A DNA stretch of 51,452 nt from Patescibacteria group bacterium (GTDB lineage: Bacteria; Patescibacteriota; Patescibacteriia; SG8-24; DYFX01). Location: positions 1 to 51,452 of the forward strand of contig CP129476.1 of assembly GCA_030583805.1 (NCBI GenBank), given 5' to 3'. Each line of letters starts with the position of its first letter. Positions within the stretch are counted from its first letter, which is position 1. Positions 16,780 through 23,555 of this stretch are shown here, in pieces. Below the pieces are notes generated by a model. The model made no database searches. It was not told the origin of the DNA and saw only the letters and a list, made by a program, of their open reading frames with translations. The position numbers were made by a program, and so were the translations under genes.

Positions 16780-17160
16780 ATGCATGACGAAGATAGGAGA
16801 ACAGCAGCCGCGTTCCGCAATGCCGCCGACGCCAAGGGCCTGTTGCTCAGAACGTCGGATGATCAAGAGTCGCGATTCACGTTCGAGCTCAGACGAGGGG
16901 CGATCGTCACGTCGCGGCATCCGAGCCAGCTCAGACAGCTGCTCGAGCTTGCCAAGGAACACTGGGGACAGATGCGAGGAGAGCATGCCGAGCTCCTGCT
17001 CGTCGCCGCGCCGCGCGAAGATCTTTCGGGGTCGGCGCCGCCGACGAACATCGTCTGGAAGCTCGCGGTACAGAGTCCGAAAACGATCTACTTCAAGACG
17101 TGGATCGAAGATCAGTTCATCGGCTTCGACGCTCGGAAGATGCCTGGATTCCCAGGCTAG
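16780..17160 (+). CDS. Hypothetical protein
   Basis: Frame chosen on GC3 bias. The competing +1 frame (16769) is Ser/Arg-rich junk. No recognisable motif. Confidence 0.5.
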   Translation: MHDEDRRTAAAFRNAADAKGLLLRTSDDQESRFTFELRRGAIVTSRHPSQLRQLLELAKEHWGQMRGEHAELLLVAAPREDLSGSAPPTNIVWKLAVQSPKTIYFKTWIEDQFIGFDARKMPGFPG

Positions 17161-17214
17161 CCCCGGGCGTCTTTTTTGTTTCGCCCTGCGCCATCTGCTA
17201 CGATGTGAGCGCCT

Positions 17215-17685
17215 ATGGTCAAGACGCTCACGCTTTGCGTCGTCCGCAACGATACCCATGTTCTTTTGGGCATGAAAAAACGCGGCTTCGGCGAAGGGCG
17301 CTGGAACGGCTTCGGCGGCAAGGTGCAGCTCGGCGAAACCATCGAAGAGGCGGCGCGTCGGGAGCTGCGCGAAGAGTGCGGCTTGGAAGCCGAAGCGATG
17401 GAGAAGCGCGGCGTGCTCATGTTCGAGTTCGCCACGCAGGCGGAAATGCTCGAAGTGCACGTGTTCGAGGTGACGGCGCATCGCGGCGAGCCCGTCGAAT
17501 CCGACGAGATGCGTCCCGCCTGGTTCCGCCTGACCGATATCCCGTTCGATCAGATGTGGCCGGACGACCGCCACTGGTTCCCGCACCTTCTCGACGGCAA
17601 GAACGTCAACGGGAAGTTCTATTTCCTCGACACCGAAACATTGCTCGATTTCACCCTTCACGAAGAGTTGCCACAACCCGTATGA
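17215..17685 (+). CDS. MutT/MTH1-like NUDIX hydrolase (8-oxo-dGTPase type)
   Basis: NUDIX box GGKVQLGETIEEAARRELREECGL. Confidence 0.85.
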   Translation: MVKTLTLCVVRNDTHVLLGMKKRGFGEGRWNGFGGKVQLGETIEEAARRELREECGLEAEAMEKRGVLMFEFATQAEMLEVHVFEVTAHRGEPVESDEMRPAWFRLTDIPFDQMWPDDRHWFPHLLDGKNVNGKFYFLDTETLLDFTLHEELPQPV

Positions 17686-18170
17686 AAACCCACCTGCTTG
17701 TACCCGCTCTGCTTGTCCTGCTCGGCGGCGGCTGCCTTTCGCCCGCGCCCGCCCCGCAGCCTCCCGCGAACGAACAACCGGCACCTGCGCCCGATCCGCA
17801 ACCGGCTCCGGTAGCCGAAGATCCGGTGTACGGACCGACCGCAAAAGCGAACCTGATCGTCGTTGACAGCCCCTTGATCGGGGGTCTTGTTTCCAGTCCG
17901 CTGGTCATCACCGGAAGGGCGCGCGGTCCTTGGTACTTTGAAGCGAGTTTTCCGGTTGAACTTCTCAACGCGAGCAATGTGGTTATCGCTTCCGGTATTG
18001 CCCAAGCGCAAACTGATTGGATGACCACCGAATTCGTGCCGTTCACGGCAACGCTTACGTTTGCGTCGCAGAATTTGGCAGGTACGAGCGGAACGCTTGT
18101 TTTCCATAAGGACAATCCTTCTGGTGAGCCGCAATTCGATGACCAGATGAACCTGCCGGTAAACTTCTAA
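17682..18170 (+). CDS. Lipoprotein with a Gmad2-like immunoglobulin-like domain
   Basis: ATGA overlap with the upstream gene. Signal LLGGGC, Pro/Ala linker, then ITGRARGPWYFEASFPVEL. Confidence 0.65.
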   Translation: MKTHLLVPALLVLLGGGCLSPAPAPQPPANEQPAPAPDPQPAPVAEDPVYGPTAKANLIVVDSPLIGGLVSSPLVITGRARGPWYFEASFPVELLNASNVVIASGIAQAQTDWMTTEFVPFTATLTFASQNLAGTSGTLVFHKDNPSGEPQFDDQMNLPVNF

Positions 18171-18201
18171 GCAAGGTATGCAAGCGGCGTAGCGCATCGT
18201 T

Positions 18202-20043
18202 ATGGACGGCGAAGAACGCGCGCTCTTGGTGTATGACGGCGACTGCGCGTTCTGCCGCTTGTGGGCGGATCATTGGCGCACGCTGACGGCTGATCGCGTC
18301 CAGTACGCGACGTCGCAAGAGATTGCCGCCTCCTTTCCCGACGTGCCGAGAGAAAAGTACGCGCGCGCGGTCCAACTGATCGACGACGACGGCACGCGCT
18401 ATGAAGGCGCTGCCGCCGTGTTCCGCCTGTACGCCAAACGTCCGGGTTTCGGCTGGATGAAACGCTTCTATGAAGCGCCCGCCGTCGCGCCGCTTTCGGA
18501 GTGGGGCTATCGCCTCGTCGCGCGGAACCGCTCGTTCTTCTTGCGCCTCACGCGCCTGCTTTGGGGCAAGAATATCGAAACGCCGAAGTACGGCCTGACG
18601 GCGCGCATTTTTTTGCAAGCGCTTTCCGTCGTCTACTTTTTCGCCTTCCTCTCGCTGCTGCCGCAGCTTCCCGGGCTCGTCGGCGGACAGGGGTTGCTGC
18701 CGGCAGAGTCGTATCTGTCGGCGTTGCGGGCCGAGCATGGCGCTGCGGCCGTCTGGCTTGCGCCGACGCTCGCCTGGTTCGGTGCGCACGAAGGCGCGCT
18801 GCAGTTCATGGCGCTTGCCGGCATCGGGCTTTCGTTCCTCGCCTTCGGCGGCCTATTGCTTGCGCCGTGCCTCGCACTTCTCTGGGCGCTCTACCTCTCT
18901 TTAGCGGTCATCGGCCAGGCTTTCACGGCGTCGGCTTGGGATCTGCTCTTGCTCGAGGCAGGTTTCCTGGCAATCTTCCTCGTTCCGTTCCGCCGGGCGT
19001 CGGGATATCGTTCGCGCGTCGAGGTGTCCGGAACCGTCGTCTGGCTTTTCCGTTTCCTGCTGTTCCGTTTTCTTTTCGGCTCGGGCCTCATGAAGCTGCT
19101 CTCCGGCGACATGCCGTGGCGCGACCTGACCGCGCTCGCCGCCCATTTCGAAACGCAACCGCTGCCAACGGCTCTCGCCTGGTTCGCGCATCACGCGCCG
19201 GCCGGGCTTCTCAAAGTCGCGACGCTGTTCGCGCTCGCGAGCGAGCTTGTCGTGCCGTTCCTGTTTTTCCTGCCGCGCCGCGGGCGCCAGCTTGGCGCGC
19301 TCTTCGTCTTCGCATACCAGATCCTTCTGCTGCTCACGGGAAACTTCGCGTTCTTGAACTGGCTGGCGCTCGCGCTCTGCCTGCCGCTTCTCGACGATGC
19401 GTTGCTTGAACGCGTCTTTCCGCGATTGCGTTCCGCCGCCGCTTCGCCGCCGCAGCGCGAAAGCGTTTGGCGTTCCCGCGTCGTTTCGGGGCTCGCGATC
19501 GTGCTCGTGACGCTCGGGCTCACGCGCCTGCTCGCGCCGTTCGCGCGCTTGCCCGTACCGGCGCTGCTGCTTACGGCCGTGACGTCGCCCCTGCGCATCT
19601 CCAACGACTACGGCCTCTTCGCCGTCATGGCGACGTCGCGACCGGAGATCGTGATCGAAGGTTCTGCGGACGGCATTGCGTGGAAGGAATACGCGTTTGC
19701 CGCAAAACCCGGCGACACGAAGCGCATGCCCGGCTGGGTCGCGCCGTTCCAGCCGCGTCTCGATTGGCAGATGTGGTACGCGGCCAGAAGCGAGCCCGGA
19801 GCGCAATCGTGGATCGCGCCTCTCATGATTCGGCTCTTGCAAGGCTCGGAACCGGCGCGTAGGTTGTTTGGGAGCGATCCGTTCCCGACGTCTCCGCCGA
19901 AATTCGTGCGCGCGACCATGTACGTATACCGCTTCACGACGCCGGAGGAACGCGAGCGCGACGGCGCGTGGTGGCGGCGCGAAATGAAAGCTCCTTATCT
20001 CCCAACGCTTTCTTTGGGCGCAGAGCCCGGAGGTGCACCGTGA
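18202..20043 (+). CDS. DCC1-like thiol-disulfide oxidoreductase domain fused to a lipase-maturation-factor (LMF) family membrane domain
   Basis: N-terminal YDGDCAFC motif. Long polytopic body with a C-terminal region typical of bacterial LMF-family proteins. Confidence 0.7.
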   Translation: MDGEERALLVYDGDCAFCRLWADHWRTLTADRVQYATSQEIAASFPDVPREKYARAVQLIDDDGTRYEGAAAVFRLYAKRPGFGWMKRFYEAPAVAPLSEWGYRLVARNRSFFLRLTRLLWGKNIETPKYGLTARIFLQALSVVYFFAFLSLLPQLPGLVGGQGLLPAESYLSALRAEHGAAAVWLAPTLAWFGAHEGALQFMALAGIGLSFLAFGGLLLAPCLALLWALYLSLAVIGQAFTASAWDLLLLEAGFLAIFLVPFRRASGYRSRVEVSGTVVWLFRFLLFRFLFGSGLMKLLSGDMPWRDLTALAAHFETQPLPTALAWFAHHAPAGLLKVATLFALASELVVPFLFFLPRRGRQLGALFVFAYQILLLLTGNFAFLNWLALALCLPLLDDALLERVFPRLRSAAASPPQRESVWRSRVVSGLAIVLVTLGLTRLLAPFARLPVPALLLTAVTSPLRISNDYGLFAVMATSRPEIVIEGSADGIAWKEYAFAAKPGDTKRMPGWVAPFQPRLDWQMWYAARSEPGAQSWIAPLMIRLLQGSEPARRLFGSDPFPTSPPKFVRATMYVYRFTTPEERERDGAWWRREMKAPYLPTLSLGAEPGGAP

Positions 20044-20300
20044 GCGACGACGACGATGGTGATGACGATGACAAGCCTGATCAGCTGAAGCAGCTCGCGG
20101 ACATTCTCGATCCCGAGCTGGAGCGCCTCAGGGCGCATCTGCGCCAACTCGAAGATGCCAACTCGCTGTTCCCGGCAACGAAGGCGTATCTCGCGATGCT
20201 TGGCAGGAACCACGTGCGCGACCTGACGGACGAAGAGCGCGCGAAGCTCATGGACTTTCTGCGAGCCGAGCGCGACAAGCTGCGCAAGCCCCCGAACTGA
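20040..20300 (+). CDS. Small hypothetical protein with an acidic N-terminus
   Basis: GTGA overlap with the upstream stop. DDDDGDDDD run followed by predicted helices. A terminator follows directly. Confidence 0.45.
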   Translation: MSDDDDGDDDDKPDQLKQLADILDPELERLRAHLRQLEDANSLFPATKAYLAMLGRNHVRDLTDEERAKLMDFLRAERDKLRKPPN

Positions 20301-20315
20301 CTTCGGGGGATTTTT
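20289..20315 (+). terminator. Intrinsic terminator
   Basis: 8-bp stem cccccgaa/ttcggggg followed by aTTTTT. The stop codon lies in the loop. Confidence 0.75.
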
Positions 20316-20333
20316 GTTGTAGACTGCCGCCAT

Positions 20334-21218
20334 ATGCCACACGTCGTTCTCATGGGGTCTGGAAAACTTGGAAGCGCCTTTGCGCACGTGCTTTCGAAGA
20401 AACGCGTCCGCGTCGAAGCCTGGGACGTGCTGCCGGGAAAAGTCCCGCGGCAGAAGCCGCTCGAAAAGATCGTGCCGGGCGCGGCCGCCGTCTTTTTGTG
20501 CTTGCCGTCCTGGTACCTGCGCGACGCGGCAATGAAACTCGCGCCGCTCTTGTCGAAGAAGACGGTCGTCGTTTCCGTTTCCAAGGGTTTGGAAAAAGGC
20601 ACGTTGCTCACGGCGGACGCGCTGTTGCATCAGGCGCTCCCGGACAACACGCCGTTCGTCTTTCTCGGCGGACCGCTTTTAGCCGACGAGCTCTTGGCCG
20701 GACAACCCGGGACCGGCGTCGCCGCTTCGGCTGACCCGGCCGCGCGGCGCGTCATGGAACATCTTTTTTCCGGCACGCGCCTCATGATCGAAACGACCGA
20801 CGACGTCGCCGGCACGGTCTGGTCCGCGATTTTAAAGAACGTCTACGCGATCGGTCTCGGCATCACCGAAGGCCTCGGTTGGGGCGCGAACGCCCGCGGC
20901 TGGTACGTCGCGAAATCCGTAGAGGAAGCGGGGGATATCCTGATCGATCTTGGCGGCCGCCGCGAAACGTTCCATGGTGTCGCGGGCGTGGGCGATCTCG
21001 TCGCGACCGGCTTCAGTCCGCATTCCAAAAACCGCACGCTGGGCGAGCACTGGGCGAAGACGGGCAAGGCGCCGCATGAAAGCGAGGGCTTCATTTCGCT
21101 GCCGCCGCTTTTGAAGATTCTGGGCGCGCGGGCGCGCAAGCGGAAACTGCTCATGGCGCTCAAGGCGACGCTGCTCGAAGGAAAAAAAGCGAAAGCGGCC
21201 TTCGAGGCGCTTCTTTGA
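20334..21218 (+). CDS. gpsA: NAD(P)H-dependent glycerol-3-phosphate dehydrogenase-like protein
   Basis: N-terminal GSGKLG dinucleotide fold, SKGLE, LKNVYAIGLGI, GVGDLVATGFSPHSKNR. A -10 TAGACT lies 8 nt before the ATG. Confidence 0.75.
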   Translation: MPHVVLMGSGKLGSAFAHVLSKKRVRVEAWDVLPGKVPRQKPLEKIVPGAAAVFLCLPSWYLRDAAMKLAPLLSKKTVVVSVSKGLEKGTLLTADALLHQALPDNTPFVFLGGPLLADELLAGQPGTGVAASADPAARRVMEHLFSGTRLMIETTDDVAGTVWSAILKNVYAIGLGITEGLGWGANARGWYVAKSVEEAGDILIDLGGRRETFHGVAGVGDLVATGFSPHSKNRTLGEHWAKTGKAPHESEGFISLPPLLKILGARARKRKLLMALKATLLEGKKAKAAFEALL

Positions 21219-21226
21219 AGCGCTCC

Positions 21227-21257
21227 TTGCCCTGTTCGCCATCCGCCCAGGTATGGT
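21227..21257 (+). promoter_or_regulatory. Promoter-like element TTGCCC-t-GTTCGCCATCC-N7-TATGGT (19-nt spacer)
   Basis: The -10 ends 6 nt before the ATG at 21264. Same register as the elements at 26411 and 38860. Confidence 0.45.
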
Positions 21258-21263
21258 GGGAAT

Positions 21264-21569
21264 ATGCCCACCGTCCAATTTTTCCAACCGGATGAAGGCC
21301 GCCATTTTGAGGGGCCTCTCGATTTGAACACGCATCTCATCCGTCATCCGGCGGCGACCTTCTTTTTGCGCGTCGGGCCGGACGTGCGCGCCGAGACGGG
21401 CGTGCGGCCCGACGACCTGCTCGTGATCGATCGCTCGATCTCGCCGTCCTCAAACGCCGTCGCCGTGGTCGTGCGCGGGGGAGAACTGCGCGTCGAGCGA
21501 TTGCGCCGTTTTGACGACGAGGAGGTCGAGCTGTGGGGCGTCGCCACGCACCTGATCCGGCGGCTCTGA
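21264..21569 (+). CDS. UmuD'-like S24-fold protein lacking the catalytic Ser/Lys dyad
   Basis: LDLNTHLIRHPAATFFLRV aligns with UmuD IDLNQLLIQHPSATYFVKA. GDSM is replaced by PDVR and VKK by VER. No N-terminal cleavage arm. Confidence 0.65.
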   Translation: MPTVQFFQPDEGRHFEGPLDLNTHLIRHPAATFFLRVGPDVRAETGVRPDDLLVIDRSISPSSNAVAVVVRGGELRVERLRRFDDEEVELWGVATHLIRRL

Positions 21570-21583
21570 GCGCCTTCGCTCCC

Positions 21584-21612
21584 TGGACAAAACCGTGATA
21601 AAGTGCTACCGT
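21584..21612 (+). promoter_or_regulatory. Promoter TGGACA-N17-TACCGT
   Basis: The hexamers and spacing place the GTG at 21611 inside the -10, which favours the ATG at 21638 as the CDS start. Confidence 0.4.
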
Positions 21613-21637
21613 GAGCCGTTTACTACAGGCGCATCCC

Positions 21638-22786
21638 ATGGGCATTCTCGCGAAAACATCGGCACTGTACCGGGGCGTGGCAGACAGCGCGCATGCGCAC
21701 CTCGTTCCCAGTCCGCGTAACGGCCACGTTCCGCATGTCTTGAAGCACCACGTTCTCGCGGGGTACAGCGTGATTTTGATTCTGGTGAAAGCGCTCGTTA
21801 TCTCCGGCTACGTCCTCCTGCCGGCCGCCAGCGTCTACTCGAGCGCGGTGACCGCCGACAATATCGTGCGCCTGACCAACGCCGCGCGCTCGGCGCTCGG
21901 CATGGAAGACCTCGTCGTCGACAGCCGCCTTTCGCGCGCCGCCGCCGGCAAGGCCGAGGACATGGTCATCAACTCGTATTTCGCGCACACCAGCCCGACC
22001 GGCGTCACGCCGTGGTCGTGGATCCGCGGCCAAGGGTATCAATACCTCCATGCCGGCGAGAATCTGGCCGTCCACCTGTTCAGCGCGGAAGGCGTGCATG
22101 AAGGTTGGATGGCGAGCCCCTCGCACCGCGACAACATCGTGAACGGAAAATTCGCCGATATCGGCGTCGGCGTCGCCCGCGGAACCTATGAGGGTTTCGA
22201 CACGGTTTTTGTCGTCCAAATGTTCGGCACGCCGAAACAGCCGGCGCCGCAGCTCGCCGCCGCGCCGCAGCCGGAACCGACACCCGAACCTCCCGCCGCG
22301 ACAACCGCGACGGTTCTTCCGACGGCTGAAGGGTACAAGGTTACGTTGGCGGAAGGCCGCGTCGAAGCGGCAACCGCGATGATCGCGAACCAAGCCGTGA
22401 CGATGAAAAAAAACGCGGACGGCAATTTGGAAGCGACCGTGCCGGTCGACAAAAAAACGATCGAGCCGGAGGGCCAGCACGTCTACGTCGCGACCACTGA
22501 CGCGAACGGCGCGCAGGAAGTCTCGAGCGTCGCCATCGTTTCGCCGAACGCGGACGCCCAGCAAGTATTCGTGCCCGTCGGCGACATCCGCCCCCTCAAG
22601 TTGTTCGGCGTCTTTGAAATCCGCGATCTCGAAGATTCGACGAAGCGTTTTTACGTCGTGATGAGCGTGCTCCTCGGCGCCATCCTCCTGGCCAGCGTGG
22701 TCATCAGGTTCGAAGTGCAGAAGCACGCCGTTTCGCTGCACGCGCTGTTCGTGATCGGCCTCTCGCTGACGCTCGCCTTCATTTGA
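21638..22786 (+). CDS. CAP/SCP (YkwD-like) domain protein with N- and C-terminal TM segments
   Basis: NAARSALG, YFAHTSPTG, GENLA and HRDNIVNGKFADIGVG are CAP-domain hallmarks. The start could alternatively be GTG 21611. Confidence 0.75.
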   Translation: MGILAKTSALYRGVADSAHAHLVPSPRNGHVPHVLKHHVLAGYSVILILVKALVISGYVLLPAASVYSSAVTADNIVRLTNAARSALGMEDLVVDSRLSRAAAGKAEDMVINSYFAHTSPTGVTPWSWIRGQGYQYLHAGENLAVHLFSAEGVHEGWMASPSHRDNIVNGKFADIGVGVARGTYEGFDTVFVVQMFGTPKQPAPQLAAAPQPEPTPEPPAATTATVLPTAEGYKVTLAEGRVEAATAMIANQAVTMKKNADGNLEATVPVDKKTIEPEGQHVYVATTDANGAQEVSSVAIVSPNADAQQVFVPVGDIRPLKLFGVFEIRDLEDSTKRFYVVMSVLLGAILLASVVIRFEVQKHAVSLHALFVIGLSLTLAFI

Positions 22787-23498
22787 CGAGAATTTCCGCG
22801 GCGTACTCGGCCGTAACGACGAACCGCCTGAGCGCGGTTCCGACGGGATAGGATGTCTGCAAGGTCAGCATCCTTTTTTCGTTTCCGGGATCGGCAAGCA
22901 CGGAGAGGTCGTCGGCTCGGACGATCCGCGTGCCGCCGACGGTAAACGCGTAGGCGTTGCCGTCCCGGTTGCTGGCGTAGATCTTGGCGCCGCGCTTGAT
23001 TTCGGGAAGAAGGGCGAAGACGTTCTTAAAATCCCCAGCCGCCCACGGCAGGTCGCTCGAATGGCCGAACAGATACGCGTTGCCGATGTCGCCGGGCTCC
23101 GCCGTTTCGGGCAGGTGCACGACGCCTTGCTGCAGGGCGGTCTTGTAAGCGGCTTGCGTGCGCGCGGCCGCCTCGACGATCGGCGCGTCGATCCCGAGCG
23201 ACGGGATGCGCAGGCGGTTCGGCGTGCCCGCGAGGGCGAGCAGGTAGGGATCCGTCGCGCCCGGTTCCGGTTCGCTGACGACCGGGGGATTGAAGCGGTG
23301 CGCAAGCTGCTTCAAGAAAAAACCCGAGTTCGCCAACAGAAACAACACGGCGAGACCGAGAAGGATCCCGCCTGCGTACAACCATTGTCGCCGGGGAATG
23401 CGAGGCGATGCGGGAGAAGGCGTTGCCGCCGCAGTCGGCGGCACGATCGCATGCTCTTTTGGGTTCGACGGTTTCGTGCGTGAACGCTTTTTCTTCAT
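22779..23498 (-). CDS. Sortase-family transpeptidase homologue with Ser in place of the catalytic Cys
   Basis: N-terminal TM. IPSLGIDAPIVE, GNAYLFGHS (His), LTLQTSYP (canonical TLxTC) and RRFVV (Arg). Confidence 0.8.
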   Translation of the reverse strand: MKKKRSRTKPSNPKEHAIVPPTAAATPSPASPRIPRRQWLYAGGILLGLAVLFLLANSGFFLKQLAHRFNPPVVSEPEPGATDPYLLALAGTPNRLRIPSLGIDAPIVEAAARTQAAYKTALQQGVVHLPETAEPGDIGNAYLFGHSSDLPWAAGDFKNVFALLPEIKRGAKIYASNRDGNAYAFTVGGTRIVRADDLSVLADPGNEKRMLTLQTSYPVGTALRRFVVTAEYAAEILVK

Positions 23499-23504
23499 GG
23501 CTCC

Positions 23505-23510
23505 AGTATA
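23505..23510 (-). promoter_or_regulatory. -10 TATACT, 6 nt upstream of the sortase ATG (probable leaderless mRNA)
   Basis: Minus strand: tatact ggagcc ATG. Confidence 0.4.
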
Positions 23511-23514
23511 TCGC

Positions 23515-23544
23515 AAAAACACCAGGCATGTGCCTGGTGTTTTT
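23515..23544. terminator. Bidirectional-looking intrinsic terminator after the LPXTG gene
   Basis: aaaaacaccaggc-atgt-gcctggtgttttt. Confidence 0.75.
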
Positions 23545-23555
23545 GAGGGATGCGT

